Shown here piece by piece: positions 50,442-60,384 of a stretch of DNA of 63,179 nucleotides. Every line of letters begins with the position of its first letter. The stretch's first letter is position 1. The stretch spans positions 1 through 63,179 of the forward strand of contig CACLKK010000001.1 in the NCBI GenBank assembly GCA_902607525.1, written 5' to 3'. This DNA comes from an uncultured Pelagibacteraceae bacterium. Lineage in GTDB: Bacteria > Pseudomonadota > Alphaproteobacteria > Pelagibacterales > Pelagibacteraceae. A model generated the notes under the pieces. The model ran no database searches and was not told the DNA's origin. It was given only the letters and a program-made list of their open reading frames with translations. Made by a program: the position numbers and the translations under genes.

Positions 50442-51731
50442 CTAGTAGCGATAACTATCAGATTTAAAAGGCCCTTTTACATCAACACTGATATAATCGG
50501 CTTGATCTTTTGAAAGCTTTGTTAGTTTAGCACCAACTTTATTTAAATGAAGCATCGCAACTTTTTCATCCAAATGTTTAGGTAAAACATATACTTTTTT
50601 TTCATATTTTCCAAAATTGTTCCAAAGTTCTATTTGGGCTATGACTTGATTTGTAAATGATGCACTCATTACAAAACTAGGATGGCCTGTAGCGCATCCT
50701 AAATTAACTAAACGCCCTTCAGCTAAAAGCAATATTCGTTTTTTATCTGGGAATTCTATTTCATGAACTTGAGGTTTAATTTCTGTCCATTTGTAATTTT
50801 TAAGGGCGTCGACTTGAATTTCGTTATCAAAGTGTCCAATGTTACAAAGTATAGAACGATCTTTCATTTTTCTCATATGATCGGCAGTTACAATGTCCTT
50901 ATTTCCGGTAGCAGTCACAACTATATCTACATCACCTATTACTTCATCCATTAAAACAACTTCATAGCCTTCCATAGCGGCTTGGAGGGCACAAATAGGA
51001 TCTGCTTCCGTGACCATTACTCGTGCTCCACTTTGTCTTAATGAGGCAGCACTTCCTTTTCCAACATCTCCAAATCCTGCAACTATTGCTGTCTTGCCCG
51101 ACATCATGACATCTGTAGCTCTTTTAATTCCATCAACTAAACTTTCTCTACAGCCATATAAATTATCAAACTTAGACTTAGTTACAGAATCATTAACATT
51201 TATTGCAGGCACTAAAAGTTTTTTTTCTGCTTCCATTTTTTTTAAAGCTTTAATTCCTGTAGTAGTTTCTTCAGATAGTCCTTTTACTGATTTAAGAAGA
51301 TCTTTATATTCTTTATGCATTAAAGCGGTCAAATCTCCACCATCATCTAATAACATATTAGGCTTCCAATCTTTTTTTCCTTCAATGGTTTTTTTAATGC
51401 ACCACCAATATTCTTCTTCCGTTTCTCCCTTCCAAGCATAAACTGGGATGCCGGCTTTAGCTATTGCAGCAGCTGCATGATCTTGTGTTGAAAAAATATT
51501 ACAAGAAGACCATCTAACATCAGCTCCTAAATCAACTAATGTTTCAATCAGGACAGCAGTTTGTATGGTCATATGTAAGCATCCCAAAATTTTGGCTCCT
51601 TTGAGAGGCTTCTTTCCCTTAAACTCTTTACGCAATGCCATTAAACCGGGCATTTCGCTTTCAGCTATAGAAATTTCCTTCCTTCCAAAATCGGCTTGAT
51701 TAATATCTTTTACTTTAAAATCCTGTGGCAT
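50442..51731 (-). CDS. ahcY: Adenosylhomocysteinase
   Basis: 429 aa. NAD-binding [10 protein letters not shown], plus [14 protein letters not shown] and HLDEKVA. Confidence 0.95.
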   Translation of the reverse strand: MPQDFKVKDINQADFGRKEISIAESEMPGLMALRKEFKGKKPLKGAKILGCLHMTIQTAVLIETLVDLGADVRWSSCNIFSTQDHAAAAIAKAGIPVYAWKGETEEEYWWCIKKTIEGKKDWKPNMLLDDGGDLTALMHKEYKDLLKSVKGLSEETTTGIKALKKMEAEKKLLVPAINVNDSVTKSKFDNLYGCRESLVDGIKRATDVMMSGKTAIVAGFGDVGKGSAASLRQSGARVMVTEADPICALQAAMEGYEVVLMDEVIGDVDIVVTATGNKDIVTADHMRKMKDRSILCNIGHFDNEIQVDALKNYKWTEIKPQVHEIEFPDKKRILLLAEGRLVNLGCATGHPSFVMSASFTNQVIAQIELWNNFGKYEKKVYVLPKHLDEKVAMLHLNKVGAKLTKLSKDQADYISVDVKGPFKSDSYRY

Positions 51732-51787
51732 AATTTTTACCTATTTAACAAGTTAATATAAAATTATCAACTTATTGCTAAATTTAA

Positions 51788-53338
51788 TTATTTATAAATT
51801 GGCAAGAGTACCTCGATTCTAGCTCCCTTTTTGTCGCTAGGCTGGTTAGAAGCTATAATTGAACCTCCATGAAGTTCTATAATATTTTTAACGATATTTA
51901 ATCCCAAACCAGAATGTTCTCCAAATTTTTCAGGTCTATTGCTATAAAATCTATTAAAAACTTTATCAATATTTTTTTCATTAAATCCTGGACCTTCATC
52001 TTCAATAATTAATTGCACATTATCTTTTTTTAGATTGCAATTTATAGATATTTTTCCGTTGGTAGGGCTAAACGATACAGCATTATCTAAAAGATTTGCA
52101 ACAATCTGTTCAAGTTTACTCTCCACCCCTAAAACATTTAATTTAGAACCATTTAGTTTAGAATTATTTATTTTTATTTTAATATTTTTATCTAAATTCA
52201 ATAAATCGCTATTAAAATCCTCAACTACTGAACTTATTACATGCGAAAGATCAATTTTTTTCATTTTTGCTCTAGATAAACTTGCTTCATCTTTAAGCAT
52301 TTGAGAATAATCTGTGATTAATCTTTCTATTCTTTCTACATCATGACTTATAACTTTTATTAGTTTTTTCCTTTTTTCATTATCTAAAGTGTTTTCCAAA
52401 ACTTCCGCGGCTCCTTTTAGCGACGTTAAGGGATTTCTTATTTCATGAGCCAAATCAGAAGAGAAAGTTTCTGCTATATTAATTCTTTTATAAAGATCTT
52501 CTGTCATTGCATTTAAAGATCTTGATAGTTGACCAACTTCATCTTTTCTCAAAAAATATTTTTCATGTTTTCCTATTTTTACATCTTTTTCTTTAATGGC
52601 CTTCGTATATAAAACTAAAGATCTAATAGGTTTTAAGATATATTTGTTTAAAAAGACTGAAAAAATTAAAATTACAATAGCAACTAAAAAAACTGATCTT
52701 AATATGAAATTTTTTCTTTCTTCAACGGCTACTAATATGTCATTGGCAATTTCAGAAACAACGATATAACCTTTATTTTCTCCATTAAAATTAATTGTAT
52801 TTATCGTCATAACATAAAAACTATTATTGATTGTTTCGCCAATTACTAATTTTTTTTTATTTACATTTTTTTGCTTAGAATATTCTTTTACAAAGCTTTC
52901 TGTATTAAAGGTTGCCTTTTTATCAGAAACTAATTTTTTATTTACATCTAAACTTTCATCAGATTTATCAATTGATGTTTCTTGAATGCTTTCACTAGGA
53001 GCAAAAATATCCTGAGCTAAATCTAAAGTGTCAGTATCAGCCAATAAATTTGAATTTAAGTCGTACAATTGGACCCTATCTAAATTCTGAAATAAAAATC
53101 TTGCAGATAATAAAAATTCGGTTATGCCTTCTTTTGTAAATTCTATATTTAGTCTGTTAATATGGTTAGATGTATTATCTATAATCATAGAATGTTGATC
53201 AGACCTGTTTTGAATCAAATCAGGTTTTATTGCTTGAAGGTATAAAAAAGTAATAATGCCTAAAAACAAAAAAACAATTAAATTAAAAACCAAAAATTTT
53301 CTAAGAATTGAGCTTGATTTAAAAAAATTAGACTGCAT
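51788..53338 (-). CDS. chvG: Sensor histidine kinase, ChvG/ExoS-like
   Basis: 516 aa. Two TM helices flanking a periplasmic domain, HAMP, H-box FSSDLAHEIRNPLTSL, and ATPase boxes DEGPGF and GLGLNIV. Coupled to the ChvI-like regulator and next to ahcY. Confidence 0.7.
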   Translation of the reverse strand: MQSNFFKSSSILRKFLVFNLIVFLFLGIITFLYLQAIKPDLIQNRSDQHSMIIDNTSNHINRLNIEFTKEGITEFLLSARFLFQNLDRVQLYDLNSNLLADTDTLDLAQDIFAPSESIQETSIDKSDESLDVNKKLVSDKKATFNTESFVKEYSKQKNVNKKKLVIGETINNSFYVMTINTINFNGENKGYIVVSEIANDILVAVEERKNFILRSVFLVAIVILIFSVFLNKYILKPIRSLVLYTKAIKEKDVKIGKHEKYFLRKDEVGQLSRSLNAMTEDLYKRINIAETFSSDLAHEIRNPLTSLKGAAEVLENTLDNEKRKKLIKVISHDVERIERLITDYSQMLKDEASLSRAKMKKIDLSHVISSVVEDFNSDLLNLDKNIKIKINNSKLNGSKLNVLGVESKLEQIVANLLDNAVSFSPTNGKISINCNLKKDNVQLIIEDEGPGFNEKNIDKVFNRFYSNRPEKFGEHSGLGLNIVKNIIELHGGSIIASNQPSDKKGARIEVLLPIYK

Positions 53339-54036
53339 TAACTAACATTCCATCTGTATCCACTACCATATCGAGTTTCTATTGCTGAAAAATTTTGATC
53401 TACTTTTTTAAATTTTTTTCTAATTCTTTTTACGTGGCTATCTATAGTTCTATCTTCAATATCATTATTATCCTTATATGCTATGTCCATTAACTGCGCT
53501 CTTTCTTTTATTATTCCTGGTCTTTTTGCTAACTCCTTCACAATCAAAAATTCTGTGGTTGTCAATTTTTCTGGAAGGGACTTTCCATTCCATTCACATT
53601 CAAGCTGAGATGGATCTAGTACAAGTTTACCATGTTTAATGAGATTCTTTGTGTCTTCCACAATGTGAGTCTTTTTTCTTAATTGTACCCTTATCCTTTC
53701 TATAAGTACTTTCATAGAAAAGCCTCCAGATTTTTTAATAAAATCATCTGCTCCTAATTTTAGCCCTAACAACTCGTCAACCTCTTCATCTTTGGAAGTT
53801 AAAAATAATATTGGAATTGTGGTTTTTTTTCTTAGCCGTTTAAGAAGCTCTTCTCCATCCATTCCTGGCATTTTAATATCTATGACTGCTAAATCTGGCG
53901 GATTTCTACTAATGCCAACCAAAGCGTTTTCAGCATCTATATAAGTTTGAACTTTAAACCCTTCATTTTCCAAAGCCATACTTATACTGGTTAGTATATT
54001 TCTGTCATCATCAACCAATGCAATAGAGTGACTCAT
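53338..54036 (-). CDS. chvI: OmpR-family response regulator, ChvI-like
   Basis: 232 aa. IALVDDDRNILTSISMALENEGFKV...DIKMPGMDG...FLTSKDEEVDELLGLKLGADDF closely resembles ChvI as I recall it. Winged-helix C-terminus ...ETRYGSGYRW. Confidence 0.7.
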   Translation of the reverse strand: MSHSIALVDDDRNILTSISMALENEGFKVQTYIDAENALVGISRNPPDLAVIDIKMPGMDGEELLKRLRKKTTIPILFLTSKDEEVDELLGLKLGADDFIKKSGGFSMKVLIERIRVQLRKKTHIVEDTKNLIKHGKLVLDPSQLECEWNGKSLPEKLTTTEFLIVKELAKRPGIIKERAQLMDIAYKDNNDIEDRTIDSHVKRIRKKFKKVDQNFSAIETRYGSGYRWNVS

Positions 54037-54100
54037 AATTAAAATTCTGTCTTAGTATAGAAATACTAAATTGTCACAAATTGGGCAAGCATTACGGCAA

Positions 54101-56872
54101 TTAATGTGCTTCTCCCCAGTTATATCCAGAGTTTACATTAACTTCTAATGGAATTGAAAACATATGATGTTCAGATTTTGAAATTGATACCATTGCCTCT
54201 TTAATAGTTTTTTTTACATATGCTTCATCTTTTTCTAAACATTCAAATATTAGCTCATCATGTATTTGTAATAACATTTTTGTTTGTAATTTTTTGTCTT
54301 CTTTAATTAGTCGATTTATTTTTATCATAGCTAGTCTAATAATATCTGCCGCGGAACCTTGTATTGGAGCATTAATTGCTGCTCGTTCTTGGAAGCTTCT
54401 GATGCTAAAATTTTTATCATTAATCCCTTTAAGATGAATCCTTCTACCAAAAATATTACTAACATAGCCTTGTTTTCTGCACGCACTTATTGTCGAATTC
54501 ATATAGTCCTTTATTTGTGGAAATTTTTTAAAATAAGAGTTTATAAAATCTAAAGCTTCTTGATTCGACACTGAAATTTGTTTAGCCAATCCATATTGTG
54601 TAATTCCATAAATTATACCAAAGTTAATTGTTTTAGCTTTTCTTCTAAGATCTTCATTAACCTCATTAATCGGTACATTAAAAACCTGACTAGCGGTCAA
54701 ACTATGAATGTCTTCGTTGTTTTTAAAAGCTTTTTTTAATTCTTTTACATCAGCCATATCAGCTAAAATTCTCATTTCAATCTGATTGTAATCAGCTGAA
54801 ATCAAAATATTTTTTTTATCAGCAATAAAAGCTTTTCTAATTTCTTTTCCTTCTTGTGATTTAATTGGAATATTTTGTAAATTTGGATCACTGGAAGCTA
54901 ATCTGCCAGTATTTGTAGCTGCCAATAAAAAAGATGTGTGCACTCTTTTTGTTTTCTTGCTTATATGATCTTGTAAAGCATCTGAATAAGTATTTTTAAG
55001 TTTTGAAATTTGTCGCCATTCTAAAACTAAATTAGGAAACTTATGTCCTGCAAGAGCTAGATCTTCAAGAATATTTGCGCTAGTTGCTAAACTTCCCTTT
55101 TTTGTTTTCCTCAGTTTAGCAATTTTAAGTTCGTTATAAATTATTTCCCCAAGTTGTTTTGGAGAAGCAATATTAAATTCTTTACCTGCGATTAAATATA
55201 TTTCCTTTTCTATTTTTTTTAATTTTTCTTCAAAATTTTTAGAAAGCTTTTTAAGATATATGTCATCAACTTTGATACCATTAAACTCTAGTTCGGATAA
55301 CAATTTTACCATAGGCTTTTCAAAAGATTCGTAAATTTTATTTAATTTTTCTTCATCAAGTCTTGCTTTAAGATGATTGTAAAGTCTTAAGGTCACGTCC
55401 GCATCTTCTGCTGCATATTCAGTGGCTTTGTCTAATGCGATATCAGAGAAATTTAATTTATTTTTTCCCGTCCCAACCAATTCTTTATATGAAATAGTTT
55501 TATGATTTAAATGAATTTCAGATAGTGTATCCAGATTATGTCTATTCATTCCAGCATCTAAAGTATATGAAATTAACATTGTGTCTTCTAAGGAAGTTAT
55601 TTCAATATTATTTTGGCTAAGAATAAGAAAATCAAATTTAATATTTTGACCAACTTTTTTAATGCTTGGATCTTCCAAAATGGGTTTAATTTTTTTTAAT
55701 ACTAATTCTTTTTTCAAACCTTTAATATTTTTATGGGCTAATGGTATATAACAAGCTTTATTTGGTGCGTAGCTAAATGAAATACCAACAAGATTAGCAT
55801 CTAAAGGATTAAGGGAAGAAGTTTCAGTATCAACTGCAATGATTGATTGTTCACTCAAAATTTTTATCCATTTATCTAAAACTTTCTCATCAGTAATGCT
55901 TTCATAGCCTTTAACATTAATTGTATCTTGTTTTGTTTTAGGGTTAATTGATTTAATTTTTTTATTTTCTGTTTCTCCGTAAATGCCTATTGCTCTACTT
56001 AATAATTTATTAAACTCCATTTCTCTTAAAAAATCATAAAGTTTTTCTTTTTCAACATCTTTTAAAACAAAACTATCAAGATCATCCTTTACCGGAGCAT
56101 CATTTTTAAGAGTAACTAACTTTCTGCTTAAAAGAGCTTTATCTTTATTTGCCAACAATGTTTCTCTTCTTTTATTTTGCGGAATCTCATCAGCTTTTTT
56201 TAAAAGCACATCTAGTGTTTTATATTTGTTTATAAGTTCAGATGCTGTCTTTATACCTATGCCAGGAACACCTGGAATATTATCTGAGGAATCTCCAGCT
56301 AAAGATTGTACATCAATAACTTGATTGGGCTTAACTCCAAATTTTTCAACAACTTCTTTCTCGCCGAGAACCTTACTTTTCATTGGATCATATAATCTAA
56401 TATTATTAGAAACCAACTGCATTAGATCTTTATCTGAAGAAATAATAGTTACTTTAGCTCCTGCTTCAATTATTTTTCTTGCGTAGGTCGCTATTAGATC
56501 ATCAGCTTCATAATTGATTAACTCTATAGACGGTAAATTAAATGCTTTTACAGATTTTCGTATATATTCAAACTGAGGAACTAAATCCTCAGGTGCTTCA
56601 GTTCGATTAGCTTTGTATTCAGTATAAATATCATTTCTAAAATTTTTTCTTGCAGAATCAAATATAACTGCAAAATGTGTTGGCTTATTATCTGAATCAT
56701 CATTGCGAGATTCTTCTAATAATTTAAATAACATAGAACAAAATCCGCTAACTGCTCCAGTAGGTAGTCCATCACTTTTTCTAGAAAGAGGAGGGAGCGC
56801 ATAATAGGCCCTAAAGATATAACCCGAACCATCTATAAGGTAAAAATGATCAGTTTTTTTTATGGAATTCAT
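54101..56872 (-). CDS. polA: DNA polymerase I
   Basis: 923 aa. 5'-nuclease domain, 3'-5' exo motifs (VDTETSSL), polymerase motif A (ISADYNQIEMRILA) and motif B (RRKAKTINFGIIYG), plus QIHDELIFE. Confidence 0.96.
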   Translation of the reverse strand: MNSIKKTDHFYLIDGSGYIFRAYYALPPLSRKSDGLPTGAVSGFCSMLFKLLEESRNDDSDNKPTHFAVIFDSARKNFRNDIYTEYKANRTEAPEDLVPQFEYIRKSVKAFNLPSIELINYEADDLIATYARKIIEAGAKVTIISSDKDLMQLVSNNIRLYDPMKSKVLGEKEVVEKFGVKPNQVIDVQSLAGDSSDNIPGVPGIGIKTASELINKYKTLDVLLKKADEIPQNKRRETLLANKDKALLSRKLVTLKNDAPVKDDLDSFVLKDVEKEKLYDFLREMEFNKLLSRAIGIYGETENKKIKSINPKTKQDTINVKGYESITDEKVLDKWIKILSEQSIIAVDTETSSLNPLDANLVGISFSYAPNKACYIPLAHKNIKGLKKELVLKKIKPILEDPSIKKVGQNIKFDFLILSQNNIEITSLEDTMLISYTLDAGMNRHNLDTLSEIHLNHKTISYKELVGTGKNKLNFSDIALDKATEYAAEDADVTLRLYNHLKARLDEEKLNKIYESFEKPMVKLLSELEFNGIKVDDIYLKKLSKNFEEKLKKIEKEIYLIAGKEFNIASPKQLGEIIYNELKIAKLRKTKKGSLATSANILEDLALAGHKFPNLVLEWRQISKLKNTYSDALQDHISKKTKRVHTSFLLAATNTGRLASSDPNLQNIPIKSQEGKEIRKAFIADKKNILISADYNQIEMRILADMADVKELKKAFKNNEDIHSLTASQVFNVPINEVNEDLRRKAKTINFGIIYGITQYGLAKQISVSNQEALDFINSYFKKFPQIKDYMNSTISACRKQGYVSNIFGRRIHLKGINDKNFSIRSFQERAAINAPIQGSAADIIRLAMIKINRLIKEDKKLQTKMLLQIHDELIFECLEKDEAYVKKTIKEAMVSISKSEHHMFSIPLEVNVNSGYNWGEAH

Positions 56873-56928
56873 AGATTAATATTATCCTATTTTAATTAGT
56901 GTTATGAATATATAAAAGCTTAATCATC

Positions 56929-57858
56929 ATGAATAAAAAAAACGCATTAAAGGTTGAAAAATTAACTAAAATTTATTCTAAAAAATCCTCAAATGAGGTT
57001 AAAGCATTAAATAGTTTAAACTTAGAGGTGAAAGAAGGTGAAATTTTTGGATTATTAGGTCCTAATGGAGCAGGAAAAACTACATTTCTAAATATACTTG
57101 CAGGCACTGTTATAAAAAATTCTGGAAAAGTTAATGTTTGGGGACATGATCTAGATCAAAATCCAAGACAAGTTAGATCGTCAATAGGAATAGTTCCCCA
57201 AGAAATTAACCTTGATGCTTTTTTTAGTCCTAAAAATCTCTTAGAACTTCAAGCGGGTCTATATGGAATAGCGAAGAAAGATAGAATAACAGATACAATA
57301 TTAAAATTAGTTTCTCTAGAAAAACAGGCCAACGCTTATGCTAGAAGTTTATCTGGCGGCATGAAAAGAAGACTGCTTATTGCTAAGGCCATGGTTCATA
57401 GACCTCCTATTTTAGTTTTGGACGAACCAACTGCAGGAGTTGATGTTCAATTGCGCCAAAATTTATGGAACAATGTAAGAGAGCTTAACAAACAAGGCGT
57501 AACTATAATATTAACTACTCACTTAATGTATGAAGCAGAAGAAATGTGCAATAGAATTGCTATACTCAACAAAGGAAATTTAGTTACATTGGATACAACA
57601 AGCAATCTATTAGATCGCATCAAAACTAAAAAAATTATTTTTAAAGTAAATAAAATAATTAATATTGATTCAAATCATCTAAATGGAATTAAATTTTTTT
57701 ATAAATCAAATAATCAAGTAACAGTTTTGTATGAAAGAAAAAAACATAAAATAGACGAAATAATAAGCAAGATTAAAAACGTAGGTATGGAAATTAATGA
57801 TATTTCAACCGATGAAGGTGATCTGGAAGATGTATTTATTGATCTTACAAAGGGCTAG
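56929..57858 (+). CDS. ABC transporter ATP-binding protein (ABC-2/YadG-like) with no adjacent permease
   Basis: 309 aa. Walker A GPNGAGKTT, signature LSGGMKRRL, Walker B ILVLDEPTAGVD and a C-terminal accessory domain. Confidence 0.85.
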   Translation: MNKKNALKVEKLTKIYSKKSSNEVKALNSLNLEVKEGEIFGLLGPNGAGKTTFLNILAGTVIKNSGKVNVWGHDLDQNPRQVRSSIGIVPQEINLDAFFSPKNLLELQAGLYGIAKKDRITDTILKLVSLEKQANAYARSLSGGMKRRLLIAKAMVHRPPILVLDEPTAGVDVQLRQNLWNNVRELNKQGVTIILTTHLMYEAEEMCNRIAILNKGNLVTLDTTSNLLDRIKTKKIIFKVNKIINIDSNHLNGIKFFYKSNNQVTVLYERKKHKIDEIISKIKNVGMEINDISTDEGDLEDVFIDLTKG

Positions 57859-57890
57859 ATTTCACCAAAAAAAGTTGTATTGTATTTAAA

Positions 57891-58451
57891 ATGGAAGCAA
57901 TTAAAAAAATAGAATTAAATAAAGTTTTTAAAATAATTTTATTAGCAATATTAGGAAGTCTGCTTCTAACTATTTCAGCAAAAATTAAAATTCCTTTTTA
58001 TCCAGTTCCAATGACTATGCAAACTTTCGTAGTTTTATTTTTGGGAATTACTTTAGGACCTAAAATTGGTTTACTCACTATAAGTTTATATTTATTTGAA
58101 GGAATTTTTGGTTTACCTGTATTTGCTGGAACTCCAGAAAAAGGAATTGGTTTTGTATATTTTACTGGACCTACAATGGGTTATCTTATCGGTTTTTTAT
58201 TAGCAACTTACCTTGTGGGGACTTTCAAATATAACAAGGGAATTGTAAATTCTTTTTTAAAATTAATAGTTTCAGTAAGTGTTATTTATTTTTTTGGAAT
58301 GATTTGGCTTGGTACTCTAATTGGGTGGGAAAAACCAATTTTTAAACTAGGTGCACAACCATTTCTTTTAGCTGAACTATTTAAGATTTTATTATTGTTA
58401 TTTTTAATTCCGTCCTTATTAAAAATAAAAAATTTAATTAAAATTACCTAG
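57891..58451 (+). CDS. bioY: Biotin transporter BioY (ECF-type S component)
   Basis: 186 aa with 6 TM helices. Motifs PVPMTMQTFVVLF and GPTMGYLIGF are typical of BioY. Confidence 0.85.
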   Translation: MEAIKKIELNKVFKIILLAILGSLLLTISAKIKIPFYPVPMTMQTFVVLFLGITLGPKIGLLTISLYLFEGIFGLPVFAGTPEKGIGFVYFTGPTMGYLIGFLLATYLVGTFKYNKGIVNSFLKLIVSVSVIYFFGMIWLGTLIGWEKPIFKLGAQPFLLAELFKILLLLFLIPSLLKIKNLIKIT

Positions 58452-59016
58452 GCGATCTTTTAGATAGAATTCTTTGTAAAGTTCTTCGATGCATTTTTAG
58501 TCTACGTGCTGTTTCAGAAACATTTCTGTTACATAATTCAAAAACTCTATGAATGTGTTCCCATTTAACTCTGTCAGCAGACATTGGATTAGTTGGTGGA
58601 ACTGCTTTATTATTTGGATCAGCTAAGAGGGCATTTTCTACATCGTCTGCATCGGCAGGCTTAGGAATATAGTCAATAGCTCCAGCTTTAACTGCTGCCA
58701 CTGCTGTTGGAATATTTCCATAACCAGTAAGCATTACAACCCTGCTATCCTTCTTCTGCTTTTGAATCTCTTTAATCACTTCCAGGCCACTACCATCATT
58801 TAACCGAAGATCTACTACAGCAAACGCAGGAGGTGTATTTTTGACTAAAGTTATCCCCTGCTGCACACTATCAGCTTGGCTTACTTGAAATCCTTTTTTT
58901 TCCATTGCGCGAGCCAATCTGTCTCTTAAGGGGTTATCATCATCTACTATAAGTAAAGATTTATCAGCAAAATCAACGATTTTTTGAATATTTGTTTTTT
59001 TTGGTTCTATTTTCAT
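58444..59016 (-). CDS. regA: Redox-responsive response regulator RegA/PrrA/ActR family
   Basis: 190 aa. Receiver domain (LLIVDDD..., VVDLRLNDGSGL) and a Fis-type HTH with the invariant NVSETARRLKMHRRTLQRIL. Confidence 0.88.
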   Translation of the reverse strand: MKIEPKKTNIQKIVDFADKSLLIVDDDNPLRDRLARAMEKKGFQVSQADSVQQGITLVKNTPPAFAVVDLRLNDGSGLEVIKEIQKQKKDSRVVMLTGYGNIPTAVAAVKAGAIDYIPKPADADDVENALLADPNNKAVPPTNPMSADRVKWEHIHRVFELCNRNVSETARRLKMHRRTLQRILSKRSPR

Positions 59017-59205
59017 TTTTTTATTTTAACAACCTTATCTATCAGAAATATAAGTTAAAAAAATAAATTTTCAAGAGACCAATTTGAGGCCCTTAGCCAC
59101 TTAAGATTACTTGTTGACATTACTTCTCATTTCTATAAAAAACGAATTTAAGAGGTTTTTTTTTAAATTTTTTTAATTTTTTATTAATAAAAAGGGGATT
59201 AATGA

Positions 59206-60384
59206 ATGCAAAAATTTAATTCGGTTGAAGAACTGGTTAATTCTGTTCGACCAGTAGACCCAATTTATTGCATAAGACCTAATTCGATTAAGACGGCTTG
59301 CAACTGGTTTAAAAGTAATTTTCCTGGAAAAATTTTATACGCTGTCAAAACTAATCCGAACGAAAAAGTAATTAAACATATCGGAGAAAGTGGAATTGAT
59401 AGATTTGATGTGGCTTCTATAAACGAAGTAAAATTAATTAAAAAAATATTTCCAAAAGCGCGTATATATTACATGAATACTGTAAAAAGTCGTGAACATA
59501 TACAAGAAGCATATTTTAATTACAAAATTCGAGATTTTGTTTTAGATACAAAAGAAGAACTGCAAAAAATTATAGAGTCTACTAATAATGCAAAAGATTT
59601 AATCCTTTATGTTAGAGTTTCAATTTCAAATGAACATGCAGAAATTGATTTATCAAAAAAATTTGGAGCTCTTCCTAGTGAAGCTTTAGGTTTACTAAGG
59701 CTAGCCAAAGCACATGGGAAAAAAGTTGGTTTAAGCTTTCATGTTGGATCTCAATGTATGCATCCCATTTCATATGCCAAAGGTATAAATGAAGTTGGAA
59801 ATATTATTAAAAAAACAAAAATAATTCCTGATATTATTAATATTGGAGGAGGATTTCCGTCTATTTATCCTGATCTACAACCACAGCCTCTAGAAAATTA
59901 TATAAATGAAATAAAAAAAGCTTTTGATAATTTAAAATTAGATAAGAAGCCTGAATTACTATGTGAGCCTGGTAGAGCTATCGTTGCTGAAAGTGGATCT
60001 TCAATAGTTAAAGTTGTTCTTAGAAAAAAACAAAAACTTTATATTAACGATGGAACTTACGGAAGTTTATTTGATGCAGGTGTGCTTAACTTTGTTCTTC
60101 CTACAAGAATGATACCTAATGGAAGAATGACTTCTAAAAAATTGACTTCATTCAGTTTATACGGCCCTACTTGTGATAGTGCAGACTTTATGAAGGGACC
60201 TTTTATTCTACCTAATAATTTAAAAGAAGGTGATTATTTAGAAATAGGACAGCTGGGTGCTTATTCCTTAACCTTTAGAACTAAATTTAATGGATTTTAT
60301 TCTGATCAAATTTTTGAAGTGCAAGATAAGCCTATAATGTCTATGTACGAAAAAGATCTTTCTTCTAGTTATCTCGTCGCTTAA
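59206..60384 (+). CDS. Eukaryote-like ornithine/basic-amino-acid decarboxylase (alanine-racemase fold)
   Basis: 392 aa. PLP-Lys YAVKTNP, plus HVGSQ, GGGFP, CEPGRAIV and GPTCDSADF. AAGGGGA SD 7 nt upstream. Confidence 0.85.
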   Translation: MQKFNSVEELVNSVRPVDPIYCIRPNSIKTACNWFKSNFPGKILYAVKTNPNEKVIKHIGESGIDRFDVASINEVKLIKKIFPKARIYYMNTVKSREHIQEAYFNYKIRDFVLDTKEELQKIIESTNNAKDLILYVRVSISNEHAEIDLSKKFGALPSEALGLLRLAKAHGKKVGLSFHVGSQCMHPISYAKGINEVGNIIKKTKIIPDIINIGGGFPSIYPDLQPQPLENYINEIKKAFDNLKLDKKPELLCEPGRAIVAESGSSIVKVVLRKKQKLYINDGTYGSLFDAGVLNFVLPTRMIPNGRMTSKKLTSFSLYGPTCDSADFMKGPFILPNNLKEGDYLEIGQLGAYSLTFRTKFNGFYSDQIFEVQDKPIMSMYEKDLSSSYLVA

